NCBI GenBank assembly: GCA_963727445.1
Contig: CAVSGI010000021.1
Location: forward strand, 64,001-128,000
Direction of reading: 5' to 3'
Length of the DNA: 64,000 bases
DNA from: an uncultured delta proteobacterium
Lineage (GTDB): Bacteria > Myxococcota_A > Polyangia > Polyangiales > B10-G4
The notes under the pieces are model-generated. The model made no database searches, had not been told where the DNA came from, and worked only from the letters and a program-made list of their open reading frames with translations. Each line of letters opens with the position of its first letter. Position 1 is the stretch's first letter. Below are positions 29,339 through 42,339 of the stretch, in pieces. The position numbers and the translations under genes were made by a program.

Positions 29339-30158
29339 TCAGCGATACTCGACGACGAGCCGGACCGCGTCGCTCGCGGCCCCGGTGCTCTCGTAGTCGG
29401 AGCCGTCGGTTCCGAGCGTGATGAGGACCAGGCCGTAGTTCGGCGCGCCGTCGACCCAGCTCTGGACGAGGGCAGTGACGTCGACGCTCACCGCACCCAG
29501 GGCGGTCACGTAGCTCGCGACGGCGCTGGGATCCATCGAAGGGCGTGTGTCCCACGTGACCGAGCCGGTCCACGCGGAGGTGACCGTGTGCACCTCGACG
29601 TCGGCGCCGATGTCGAAGCAGGTGAGCTCGAGGGTCGCCGACACGATCTCCGTTCCCGACGCGAGGCCCGGGTCGGCCGGTTGGATGTAGGTCTCGTACG
29701 CGATCGGATCGGTGTCGACCAGCAGGACGTCACCATCGGCGAAGGAGACCGTTGGCATCGAGTTGTCGACGTACGTGTCGACGAGGATCGGAACGACGGT
29801 CGTCGTCACGCCCACGTCCGCGGGTCCGGTGTCGAGCGGACCCGTGTCGGCCGGGCCCGTGTCGGCCGGACCCGTGTCGCCTGGACCGACGTCGCTTCCG
29901 CCGTCTTCGAGTCCACCGTCTTCGAGCCCACCGTCGCCCGGGCTCGCGTCCATCGCCGCGTCGGCGTCGGCGCTGGTGTCGGCAGCGGTGTCGGGGGCCG
30001 TTCCAGAGTCGACGGCCCTCGAGACGCAGGTGTTCGTCACCGTGTCGCAGCGGTAGCCCTCCACGCACGGACACGTCTTGCCCTCCAGGTCGAGCTCCCC
30101 GACCGAGCACGCGCACATCAGGAGAACCCCGACGAGGGCTGCAGAATCGCATGAGCAC
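29339..30158 (-). CDS. Lipoprotein with C-terminal DNRLRE/CBM96-like domain; probable frameshift near 30145 in the signal peptide
   Basis: CAC lipobox; CPCVEGYRCD; DTYVD, IVSATLEL, VTWDTRP, DVTALVQSWVDG.PNYGL. Confidence 0.75.
29815..29935. repeat. Degenerate 15-bp tandem repeats (DTGPA, DGGLE linker)
   Basis: cccgtgtcggccgg-type and ccaccgtcttcgag units repeated. Confidence 0.65.
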
Positions 30159-30251
30159 GGCGCCAGCATAACACTGGCTCGCAACTGGGGCGGCTGCGAC
30201 CGTCGGCTGCACCCTCCTACATCCCCTTCGTGGCTGACGCGGCGGCTGCGC

Positions 30252-31034
30252 TCAGTCGAGTCCCGCGAGCTTCAGGTGGTAGGCAGCGGGGATCGTGTCG
30301 GTCACGTAGTAGGCGTCGACGGTCAGACCGACCTTGCGAGCAAGCGCCGCGGCGAAGGCCATTTTTGCCCCTGCGTTGGCCATCGTGATGCCGCCGGAGG
30401 GCGTGCCGAAACGGGCGCGCATCCCACGCAGGTACGCGCGAGCGGCGGCGTCGCTCCATCCGAGGGCCTTGCACGGATCGATGGAAGCGCCTTCGGGCGG
30501 CACGCGCATGTACATCGCGTTGATCGCGTCGGCGACCGACTGGCCTTCGAACTCGATGTGGCCCTGCGCGGCCAAACGCCGCGTGAATCTGCGCCCGCGC
30601 CCGAAGGTGACGCGGAGCTTCCGTTCGAACACATCAGCCGCGACTCGCTCATGAGGGTAGAAATGCTCGATGAACCGCGGGCGCGGCTCGCCGGTGTAGT
30701 AGTCGAAGCGACTGATGTACTCGTCGAGCATGCCGAGGACCTCGGCGTGGCGCGGCGAAATGCGCGCGGCGGTGCTCGGATCGCAGCCGAGCGTCTCAGC
30801 GAGCTCGTCGAGGGTCTGCACCGGCGGGCGGTCGTTGGCGAGACCCGGCGCTCGTATCGCAGGCACGTCAATCGCTTCCAACGCCTCTTCCGTCGTCCGG
30901 TCCGGCGCCGCTTCGCCCTCTTCCTCGTGCTCGTCCTCGGCGGGCTGCTCCGGCTCGGCCGGCCGGCTCGGTTCCGCGCTCGATGAGCAGGCGACGACCA
31001 CGACGCCGATGACGACGAGCTGTCTGAGGTTCAT
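30252..31034 (-). CDS. Hypothetical lipoprotein
   Basis: VVVAC lipobox, acidic linker, globular C-terminal region. Confidence 0.7.
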   Translation of the reverse strand: MNLRQLVVIGVVVVACSSSAEPSRPAEPEQPAEDEHEEEGEAAPDRTTEEALEAIDVPAIRAPGLANDRPPVQTLDELAETLGCDPSTAARISPRHAEVLGMLDEYISRFDYYTGEPRPRFIEHFYPHERVAADVFERKLRVTFGRGRRFTRRLAAQGHIEFEGQSVADAINAMYMRVPPEGASIDPCKALGWSDAAARAYLRGMRARFGTPSGGITMANAGAKMAFAAALARKVGLTVDAYYVTDTIPAAYHLKLAGLD

Positions 31035-31140
31035 GGCCCTGGTTCCATCGCCTCTTCGGCCTTCTGCTCTCCGAGCCGCTGATGCGTGTCGCTCATGGTC
31101 TCGAGGATAGCTCGCTCCAGAGCATTCGCGAGTTGCGCGC

Positions 31141-31702
31141 TCACATCCGGATGCCGATCGCGACCCCTACTGAGCCTCGACCGACCACTGGCGTCACCGC
31201 GACGTCGGGCGCAGCTGTCTCGGATGGGGCGTCGTCCATGTGGCGAAGGAGCTCGATCAACAGCAGCGTGAGGCCGGTGAGCTGCATGACCCCCGACGTG
31301 ATGAGCCACGCGTCCCAGAGATTGTCTCCGCCGTCCCTCGGCTCGAGCGCGAGCTGAATCCACGGGCCTGCGAGTGGAGCGCCGGCCGCCAGGCGGAAGT
31401 CGTCCCACCGTCCGTCCGCGCGACAGGGGGCCCCATCGGGCGTGGTGCGGAATCTCGGGTGGGCACAGGCCGGCGAAGGCGCTGGCAAACAGGTTCGCGC
31501 CCCACCCGGCGACCAGAAGACCCACACCGACGCCGACCTGCGTCCAGTTGCGCCGAGACTGGTCGCGGCGACCACGGCCGGAGGTCACGTGGACGGATCC
31601 GTCGTCGCCGATATCCATGGTGACGCCGTCATCCGCAGCGACTCGGGGCGGCGCACCGAGTGTAGTGACCGCGAGGAATACGAGGAGCAAACCCATTCTC
31701 AT
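31141..31702 (-). CDS. Hypothetical exported/membrane protein, apparent frameshift near 31450
   Basis: Signal peptide and TM in one frame; APLAGPWIQL..SGVMQLTGLTLLL..GVAIGIRM in the next frame. Confidence 0.6.
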
Positions 31703-31847
31703 CGTGTCGGGCGCAAAGCAATGGTCGTGCCCGGCGAAAGTTCACTGCAACGAGGGATCCACGCGCCACGCCGCGTCTCCCGCTCGGCACACTGTGACTG
31801 GACGACCACGTGACGGGGACGCGCGAGAGCCGTCCCCAGCCCGTCGC

Positions 31848-32354
31848 TCAGGAAGGCGCGCCCCAGGGGCTCGCCGGGGGCGGACCCGCGGCAGGCTTCG
31901 AAATGGCGCCAGCTGAGGAGGCGATGGTCTCGATGCCATTCATGTCGTTGCTGACGACCACGTGGCTGCCGTCACGCATCTTCAGATCGACGCGCACGTC
32001 GACGCCTTTGAGGTGCATGGCGCGGCGTCCCCCCGTCCGGGTGACTTGCACGGAGGCCACGTCGGCGAAGCGGACGGTGAGGGGCTTGCGCACGACGCGC
32101 GTCCACACGAAGCCCTCCGAGTAGAGGGTGATCTTCTGCCTCCAGCGCGTGTAGCTGTAGAAGAGCCAGAGCCCGGCGCACCCCACCACGAGCAGGAAGA
32201 AGGGGATGTTGATCCAGTTGCCCGCCATGACCTCGTTGCCCATCCCGAGGATGCCGGAGACGAAGAGAATGCCGCCGACGTACCAACTGACGCCCCCCGC
32301 GGCCAACCGCCCCTTGTGCTCGCTGATGATCGCTCCGAGCTCCGTGTTCGACAT
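31848..32354 (-). CDS. Hypothetical membrane protein (2 TM plus PH-like domain, DUF6585-like)
   Basis: GGAGG RBS; ELGAIISEH, 2 TM, ITLYSEGFV..VRFADVASV. Confidence 0.7.
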   Translation of the reverse strand: MSNTELGAIISEHKGRLAAGGVSWYVGGILFVSGILGMGNEVMAGNWINIPFFLLVVGCAGLWLFYSYTRWRQKITLYSEGFVWTRVVRKPLTVRFADVASVQVTRTGGRRAMHLKGVDVRVDLKMRDGSHVVVSNDMNGIETIASSAGAISKPAAGPPPASPWGAPS

Positions 32355-32383
32355 GGTCGCCTCCTCCATCGGGTTCTCCTCTC

Positions 32384-33166
32384 TCACGCTCCGGAAATGA
32401 CACTGATGATGACGAAGCCCAAGAGGCTCATGACGCAGGCGAGCCCGGCCCCCGCGACCGCGGCGATGCTCATTCGCTTTCGGAGCTTCGCGTGCGCCGT
32501 CACGACCTGAGACGTCATCCCAGCGGCGCGCGCGCGATGGAGCTCGAGCTCGCGGTCGAGGTCCGCGGCATTGCGTCGGGCGAGCTCCGGCGTCACCAGG
32601 TTCTGTGCGGTGCAGAAGCCGCACGTGACGAACGCCTTGCGGGCCACGCTCGGGAGATCGCCACCGCATCGCCGGCAGCGCACCGCGCCGTCTGGGGCGC
32701 TCGGGGCGAACGCGAGGAGCGCGGGGGCGAGCTCTCTCTGATAGGCGCGGAGGGCCAGGAAGGACCCGAGCTGGACGCCGCACACGACCGCCAGGCCCAC
32801 GAGCGGAGCGAAGGCGGCGGACAGGACGCTGCCCAGTGTGAGGTCCTCGCGCTCGGCGAGCTGGAGGCCGGCGACGAGGATCGGCAGGCCGGCGACGACG
32901 GCCATGCCGGGCAGGACCATCGACTTCCACGCCTCGAGGGCGCGCGCAGCCGAGAGCGCGGGCGCCTCCACCGCCTGCTCCGTCCAGGCGATCTGCTGAA
33001 GGCGCTGGCGCAGAGCGCGCACCCGCTCGGCGGGCTCGGCGGGCAGCTTCTCCTCGCTCCCGCAGAAGGTGCAGACCATCTCGACCGACCCGTAGATCGC
33101 GCCCGCGTTCGTTTCGGACATGGGCGCGCCGCACCGGCGGCACGGGGTCGGTACGAGCTCGGTCAT
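32384..33166 (-). CDS. Membrane protein with two zinc ribbons
   Basis: CRRCGAP..CTFCG and CRRCGG..CGFC; three TM segments; ATGA overlap with upstream gene. Confidence 0.75.
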   Translation of the reverse strand: MTELVPTPCRRCGAPMSETNAGAIYGSVEMVCTFCGSEEKLPAEPAERVRALRQRLQQIAWTEQAVEAPALSAARALEAWKSMVLPGMAVVAGLPILVAGLQLAEREDLTLGSVLSAAFAPLVGLAVVCGVQLGSFLALRAYQRELAPALLAFAPSAPDGAVRCRRCGGDLPSVARKAFVTCGFCTAQNLVTPELARRNAADLDRELELHRARAAGMTSQVVTAHAKLRKRMSIAAVAGAGLACVMSLLGFVIISVISGA

Positions 33167-33873
33167 GCCGCGCCGTGTGCGGCGGCAGCCTGCTCGATCG
33201 ACTGCGCCATCTGATCGAGGGCGAAGTAGATCTGGTCGGCGAGGGACATGCAGGTCAGGGTCTCCACCGAGAACAGGAAGGTCAGCTGATTGCCCTGGCC
33301 GAAGATGTGAACGTACTGGTGTGCCGCGAGGTTCGCGAGGGCCGGGGCGATCACCGGGCCGATGCGCGCATCGACCGTTCGCAGCACGTAACGCTGATCG
33401 AGCGTCGCATCCCCGAAGGGGACCGCCGGGGCCGAAACCTTCAGCTTCGGCGTCCCCACCCAGCTCGGCGGCGAGCGGAGCACGACCTCGAACTCGGGAA
33501 ACGGTGCACGGACCTCCACGCCGACGTGACCGTCGAAGTACGTGGTGATCGTCGTGCCCGAAAACTCCGCCTTCGCCTCCATTCGCTCGTAGTACCTGAC
33601 CTCGCCGTTGCGCCCGCTCGGATTGCCGGCGAGGCGGACCTTCGCCTCCTTCGTCTGGCCCGCGAGGATCTGGCTGTGCGCATACATGAGGTTCAGGTTC
33701 GGGTCTCCCTCCACGACGGACAAGCCGATGCGCTTGGCCATCTCCCCGGCGCGAGAGGCGGCGTTCTCGGCCTCCCCTTTGACCAAGGTGTGCTTCATCC
33801 GCGCGCGCATGAAGAAGAAGAGCGCGAGCGCGACGACAGGCATGATGTAGACGACGATTGGAATCTGACCCAT
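33163..33873 (-). CDS. Hypothetical N-terminally anchored membrane protein
   Basis: GGGAGG RBS; N-terminal TM; FGDATLDQRYVLRT. Confidence 0.75.
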   Translation of the reverse strand: MGQIPIVVYIMPVVALALFFFMRARMKHTLVKGEAENAASRAGEMAKRIGLSVVEGDPNLNLMYAHSQILAGQTKEAKVRLAGNPSGRNGEVRYYERMEAKAEFSGTTITTYFDGHVGVEVRAPFPEFEVVLRSPPSWVGTPKLKVSAPAVPFGDATLDQRYVLRTVDARIGPVIAPALANLAAHQYVHIFGQGNQLTFLFSVETLTCMSLADQIYFALDQMAQSIEQAAAAHGAA

Positions 33874-33993
33874 TGAACCTCCCCTGTGAGATTAGCGAGT
33901 TCCGTGCCGAGCAAACGAAGGGTTTTCACGGCCGAGGACGAGCGCGCGCCTGCTCGATCGGGCAAGCTTTGCACGACCGGGCGGCCAACTCGT

Positions 33994-36051
33994 TCAGATC
34001 TCGCTGACGGGTTCGGGGATCGGCAACGTCGTCGCCTCGAGGTTCGCCTCATTGTCGCGATATGTGACGTCCCTCGTGAGATGGTCGAGGTCGAAGTCCG
34101 GGACCTGGACGCAGGCGCCGATGGTCGAGTCCCGAATCTCCCCATGGGTCAGGTTCAGGGTGCCGTCACGCGCGACCATCACACCACAGGTCTCCGATTG
34201 GCGGACCAGGAAGTCCGACACCTCGACATGTCCGCCGATGGCGGCGATGCCGTGGCCGTGAGGGGTCTCGCGGCAGAAGCCCGTGTCACACCGCGTCGAC
34301 ATGGTTTGCGACACGACCAGGTGCTCGAGAACGAGGCTGCCCGACAGCATCGCTGCGATGCTCAGCTCGCGGTTCCGTTGGGCGAGCACACGTTCGCCTC
34401 GAATGCTGGATCCCCCCTGCGCCACGATACCGCGTCCGAAGTCGCCGACCATCTGCCGAGGTCGTGTGTCGGTGACCGCGACGTCGGTGACGCTGATCAG
34501 AGTGTCCTCGTCGAGAGCCAAGAGCCCTACCTCCGACGCCTCCTCGACGATCGCTCGCTCCAGGGTCACGCTCGAGCCGAACTGTGCGGCGATGCCCCGA
34601 CCGAGAAGGCCGTCGCGGTTCCGGGGGCTGATGTCTCGCACGCGCAGGTCGGTCAGCGTGGCCTGCGCATCGTCGCTCGCGAGGACGCCGTGCACCACGG
34701 TGCGCTCGATGATGCCACGTGTGAGCTCGATGCGCGCGTTCGAAACCTGGACGCCCACCCCCTCGAACTCGGCGTCGTCGAAGGATCGAATGTCGCGGAT
34801 CACGACGTCCGACAGCGTCGCCGACCCATCGGTCGCCACGATGAGGCCGGCGTCGTCATCGTCTTCGATGCGCACCCGTGAACAGGAGAGGTGCGCCGCC
34901 TCGCGGACGACGATGGCCGCCGCGTTGCTCCCCGCGCCGCGGAGCGACTCGCGGATGATCAGGTCTTCTGCATCGACTTCCGTGCCCGCGCTCGCAGCGG
35001 CCACGCCGACGCGATTGCCCGACACCGACACCCGGCGCACGTCGAAGGATGCGCCGTTCAGAGCGTAGAGCCCGTACGCAAAATCGCTGGATGTGTAGGG
35101 CCGCGTGTCGCGCAGGAGCGTGTCGTGGATGTCGACCTCCGTCCCCTCACCCTCCGCGAACGCCGCGGCGTAGCGGTTCCTTTCGAGCACAGCCCGGCCG
35201 ATCTCCGCGTGCCCCCCGAGGATCCACACGCCCAGCCCGCTCGTCCCCGTGGCCACCTCTCGCGTGTCACGCACGACCAGCTCCTCAGCGTCGAGCTCTC
35301 CCGCGGCCAGGCCCACCCCGAAGACGGTGCTGCTCTCGATGATCACGCCGTGGAGTCTGAGCCCTCCCCCGGCGCGCTCGACCCTTACCGCCGATTGCGG
35401 CGTCCGCTGAAAGGAGACGTTTCGAAGGACGGCGAGCTCACCGCCGCTCGCGACCGTGACCACCGCCTGCGTCGGACCGTCCACGCCGGTGAGAATGGTC
35501 TCGGCTGCGCATGCACCGACGACCCGCACCCCGCCGCGAAGGGGAAGCGCTCCCTCGTAGCTCCCCTTGGCGAGAGCGACCGTCGTTCCGCTGGCCAGGC
35601 TCGCGAACGCCACATCCGACAGGGTCGGCAGAGGCGCGGACCTGGATCCATCTCCCCCCGGCGCCGCGCCGGCGCGCACGAAGATCACCGAGCCATCCGT
35701 AGGAAGCCCATCGGCGAACTCTCCGACCGGACACGGATCGCCAACTGGAGCACAGGCCGGATCGCCGACGAAGTGCGCCTGTCCGAACGGGCAGTCGGCG
35801 ACGCCCTCCTCCGGGAAGGGATCACAGTGAGAGGTCCCGTCTTCGGTGACCTCTCGCCACCCGCTAGGGCAGGGGGTCAGAACGGGAGGGGCGACGGGAG
35901 GGGCGCTTTCGTCGAGCCACGGAATGTCGACCTCGCTGCCGCCGTCCAGGTCGGCGTCGGGCGGCATCGCATCGGTCGGCACGGACGCATCACCGCAGGC
36001 CACGGCGACGAGCGCGAAGCCGATGCCGAGAACGTGACTGGCGCGCAGCAT
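33994..36051 (-). CDS. Right-handed beta-helix (pectin-lyase-like) lipoprotein
   Basis: VAC lipobox; VRAGAAPGGDGSRSAP, VALAKGSY, GACAAET; repeated VRDT...G.G units. Confidence 0.8.
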   Translation of the reverse strand: MLRASHVLGIGFALVAVACGDASVPTDAMPPDADLDGGSEVDIPWLDESAPPVAPPVLTPCPSGWREVTEDGTSHCDPFPEEGVADCPFGQAHFVGDPACAPVGDPCPVGEFADGLPTDGSVIFVRAGAAPGGDGSRSAPLPTLSDVAFASLASGTTVALAKGSYEGALPLRGGVRVVGACAAETILTGVDGPTQAVVTVASGGELAVLRNVSFQRTPQSAVRVERAGGGLRLHGVIIESSTVFGVGLAAGELDAEELVVRDTREVATGTSGLGVWILGGHAEIGRAVLERNRYAAAFAEGEGTEVDIHDTLLRDTRPYTSSDFAYGLYALNGASFDVRRVSVSGNRVGVAAASAGTEVDAEDLIIRESLRGAGSNAAAIVVREAAHLSCSRVRIEDDDDAGLIVATDGSATLSDVVIRDIRSFDDAEFEGVGVQVSNARIELTRGIIERTVVHGVLASDDAQATLTDLRVRDISPRNRDGLLGRGIAAQFGSSVTLERAIVEEASEVGLLALDEDTLISVTDVAVTDTRPRQMVGDFGRGIVAQGGSSIRGERVLAQRNRELSIAAMLSGSLVLEHLVVSQTMSTRCDTGFCRETPHGHGIAAIGGHVEVSDFLVRQSETCGVMVARDGTLNLTHGEIRDSTIGACVQVPDFDLDHLTRDVTYRDNEANLEATTLPIPEPVSEI

Positions 36052-36107
36052 CGCCCCCCCATCCTAAAGCAAGTTCGCTGCGATCCGATCGCGCGAGTTC
36101 CGGCTCC

Positions 36108-36380
36108 TCAGCCGCCCTGCTTGGTCGGCGGCGAGTGTTCGACGTCGAACCCGCCCGTGAGCTCGTCGAGGACCGTCAGGACACGCGCGACGTCGGCGCG
36201 CTCCCCGTCGGCCATGCCCTCCTCTTCGGCGACCGACATCTCGTTCTCGTCGTACGCCCAGCTCCTCAAGAGCGCGATCTTCTGATCCAGCGTCAGTGAC
36301 GCGTCATCCCGGATCTCCTCGGGCGACGAGAACATCTCGGAGGGAGACTGCATCGCTCGCTTCAAATCCACGTCGTCCAT
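36108..36380 (-). CDS. Small acidic conserved hypothetical protein (90 aa)
   Basis: P.EMFSSPEEI..D..LT..QKIALLRSWAYD...VAEEEGM. Confidence 0.7.
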   Translation of the reverse strand: MDDVDLKRAMQSPSEMFSSPEEIRDDASLTLDQKIALLRSWAYDENEMSVAEEEGMADGERADVARVLTVLDELTGGFDVEHSPPTKQGG

Positions 36381-36487
36381 CCGTCCTGCACGTAGCCCCC
36401 TGCGCGCGACTGTCCACCAATCGTCCGGTTTTCCTTCCGCCAGGGACCATCGTCGGGCCGCCCCAGCTCGGGTACACTGGGTGCTCG

Positions 36488-38704
36488 ATGCGCCGCGCAC
36501 TCTTGGTTCTCCTCGCAGTCCTGGTCGCGACGGCCTGCGATGGAGACGACGCGCCGACAGACGCGAGCGCCGACTCGTCCCGTGATGGCGGCCCCGACGG
36601 CACCACCCCGGATGCGGGCCGCGGGTTCGTGATCGCGCCTCCTGCCCCCGCCGCGCTCCCGGATCAGGCGCCCTGCCCCGAAGGGTGGGTCGAGTCGACC
36701 GACGAGGGGGTGACCGTCTGCCTGCCATGGGTGGACGGCACGCCGCCCAGCTGCACCGGCGCCACCTTCGCGCCACCCGGTGAAGCCAGCTGCGTCCCCG
36801 TCGGAGACCCGTGCCCGACCGGTGACTTCCCGGACGGCCCCGCTGGCCCGGAGGTCGTTCACGTCCGAGTCGGCGCCACTGGAGGCGACGGCAGTCGCGC
36901 GGCGCCCTACGGCACCCTCGCCGAGGTCGGCACGCTCGAGCCAGGCGCGGTGGTGCTTCTATCAAAGGGTACCCACGAGATCACCACCACCTTCTCCATC
37001 CCCGCCGACGTCACCGTCCGTGGCACGTGCACGGCGGAGACCATCGTGACCCGCACGGCCGGCGCGAGCTTCGCTTTCGCCGTCAGCGCCACGGGCGCGA
37101 TGCTCTCTGATCTCACGCTTCGCGATCTGCCGGGTATCGGGCTCACCGCCTTCTCCGGTGGGGAGGTCACGGTGGAGCGAGTCTTCATCGATGGCGCGAC
37201 ACAGGTGGGGCTCCGCGCACGAAGCGGCAGTACGGTCACCGCGCGTAGCGTCCTGATACGCGATGTTCGGGGCCGGCTCTCCGACGACGCCAACGGTTTC
37301 GGCATCGCCGCCAATGAGGGCGCGTCCATGTCGGTGGAGAGGGCAGTCCTCGAAGAGGCGCGACGGTCGGGGGTCCTGGTCACGGACGAGGGCTCACGCA
37401 TGAGCCTCGATCGCGTTGCGGTGCTCCACACCCTTGGGGCGGACGTGGATGGCGCCGGCGGCACAGGCATCCTCGCGTCGCTCGGGGCGGAGCTCACCGG
37501 TCGCGCGGTGGCGGTCGTCGACGCCTACTTCGCCGGGCTCGGAGCGCTCTCCGCTGGGACGGTTGCCGAGTGTGATCACTGTTTCATCTCGGGGGTCTCC
37601 CGACAGCGATCCAGCGGGGACTACGGCGACGCCGTCTCCGTGCTGGACGGAGCTTCACTGATGCTCACGCGAAGCGTCGTCGAGGCGGGCTACGGCCGCG
37701 GCGTATGGTCCGGTTACGAGCCGAGCGTCGCCACGCTCGCCGACTGCTTGGTCCGCGACATCGTCCCCGAGGAGGGCGGCGAGCAGGGCCGGGGCGTCCA
37801 CGCGTCCCGCGGCGGCAGGCTCACCGCACAGCGCCTGGCCATCCTTCGCACCGTCGGCCACGCCGTCTCCGCAACCAGCGCGAGCAGCTACGAAGTGCAG
37901 GACACGACGATCGTCGACGTGGCGCCGCGCGAGCTCGATGGCGCGTTCGGTCGAGGGTTCAGCGCGGTGGACGGGTCGAGCGCCAGCATCAGCCGCGCCA
38001 CAATCAACGGTCATCACGACATCGCGGTGATGGTGGCGGCCTCCGCCGACATGGTCGTGAGCGACCTCCTCGTCGGGCCGCCGGAGCCGGGGCTCAGCAC
38101 GGACGGTCGCGTAATTCAGGCGCAGGAGAGCGCCACGGGAACATTCAGCCGCATCGCGGCTTCCGGCTTCCGCTATGCGGCGGTGACCTGCGTCCAGGAC
38201 ACCACGTGCACCCTCTCGGACGTGTCCTTCCTGAACGGCTATCGAGAAGAGCTCACCTGGGCTCGCGGGCTTCTCACCCTCGACGCGACCGTCGATGTCG
38301 AGCGCATGGAGGTTGTCTCTCCGACTTCCCTGGGAATCGGGCTCCTGACGTCGAACGCCACGATCCGAGACGTGGAGATCGCCGACGTGGCCCGGTGTGA
38401 AGTCGATTGCACCTACGTCGGAGGCACGGGCGTCTTCGTGAATGGCGGGTCGGTGACCATCGACGGATTTGCCATCGACGGCGCCAGTCTCTGTGGCGTT
38501 CATCTGGCCGACATGGGGGAGCTCGACTTGAACGACGGAACGGTGAGCGGATCCCAGATCGGCGTGTGTGTCTTTTCCGAAGGCTACGACCTGATGCGCC
38601 TCTCCAGCGGGGTGGTCTTCTCCGACAATACGACCAACCTCGACACCCTCACGTTGCCCACGCCCTCGGTTTCCGATGCGCTCGGAACCGGCGGTGGTGA
38701 CTGA
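36488..38704 (+). CDS. Right-handed beta-helix lipoprotein, paralog of 33994-36051
   Basis: TAC lipobox; VRVGATGGDGSRAAPYGTL, VLLSKGTH, GTCTAET; same C-terminal motif. Confidence 0.8.
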   Translation: MRRALLVLLAVLVATACDGDDAPTDASADSSRDGGPDGTTPDAGRGFVIAPPAPAALPDQAPCPEGWVESTDEGVTVCLPWVDGTPPSCTGATFAPPGEASCVPVGDPCPTGDFPDGPAGPEVVHVRVGATGGDGSRAAPYGTLAEVGTLEPGAVVLLSKGTHEITTTFSIPADVTVRGTCTAETIVTRTAGASFAFAVSATGAMLSDLTLRDLPGIGLTAFSGGEVTVERVFIDGATQVGLRARSGSTVTARSVLIRDVRGRLSDDANGFGIAANEGASMSVERAVLEEARRSGVLVTDEGSRMSLDRVAVLHTLGADVDGAGGTGILASLGAELTGRAVAVVDAYFAGLGALSAGTVAECDHCFISGVSRQRSSGDYGDAVSVLDGASLMLTRSVVEAGYGRGVWSGYEPSVATLADCLVRDIVPEEGGEQGRGVHASRGGRLTAQRLAILRTVGHAVSATSASSYEVQDTTIVDVAPRELDGAFGRGFSAVDGSSASISRATINGHHDIAVMVAASADMVVSDLLVGPPEPGLSTDGRVIQAQESATGTFSRIAASGFRYAAVTCVQDTTCTLSDVSFLNGYREELTWARGLLTLDATVDVERMEVVSPTSLGIGLLTSNATIRDVEIADVARCEVDCTYVGGTGVFVNGGSVTIDGFAIDGASLCGVHLADMGELDLNDGTVSGSQIGVCVFSEGYDLMRLSSGVVFSDNTTNLDTLTLPTPSVSDALGTGGGD

Positions 38705-38770
38705 GGTCGGTTCCGCGCTCACCTTCAGCGTCCCCAAACCGGGCACGTACGGTTGCGTTATCATGTGGTG

Positions 38771-39539
38771 GTGTGGGGGCGAATCGCATCAGCCGTGCTC
38801 TTGTCGGTGCTCGCCGGGTGCACGTCGAGCGGGCATCGAGTCGTCGTCGAGCTTCGCTCGGACTTTCGTCTGCGATGCGACGAACGGCTGTGTGTCCGCC
38901 GGCGGACCCGTCGACGCCGGGATGGACAGCGGTGACTCGATGATCGACTCGGGCCCCTCTCCATCCGGCCGCCGCTGGGTTTCGGTCGAGCCGACGACGC
39001 GACCCCTGCCGTCGCACGGCGGACGGATGGTCTACCGCGACGCGGATCACGCGGTATACCTCTACGGCGGATACCTCGAAGATGGAATGGCGGGCGACGC
39101 GCTCTGGCGCTACGCCGGCGGAGAATGGGAGGCGGTGTGCGATCCATGTCCGCCGGGGCGCCGGGTTGCACACGGACTCGCCTACGACGCGGCGCGTGAC
39201 CGCATCATCCTCGTGGGAGGCGTCGCCGCCGACCCGGCGAGCAGCACGCCGCTCGACGATACATGGGCCTACACCGACGCCGGCTGGGCGGAGCTGAGCC
39301 CGACGACCCGGCCGCCGGCAGTCTTCGGTGCACACGTCGCCTACGATCCGAACCGCGACGTGGTGGTGATGCTCGGGGGCGACGATGGAACGGACAGTCT
39401 CGACGAGACGTGGGAGCTTTCGGGCGACGAGTGGCAGAGGTCTGCGGCAACCTTTCCTTATGGCGTCGATGACGACGGCCAGAGCACCTTCTTCAATCCC
39501 GTGCGCGGCGAAGTCGGCTTCTATGGAGGTTGGGGTTGA
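38771..39539 (+). pseudogene. Kelch-repeat lipoprotein, frameshifted near 38865 and apparently truncated
   Basis: MWGRIASAVLLSVLAGC signal in one frame; LYGG/LVGG/MLGG..DTW kelch blades in the next; ends FYGGWG* mid-blade. Confidence 0.6.
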
Positions 39540-42284
<2,745 letters not shown>

Positions 42285-42339
42285 TGGACAGCGCTGCGCG
42301 GTCATCGGTGGATCGATCGCCGCACCGGATGCTGCGGCG

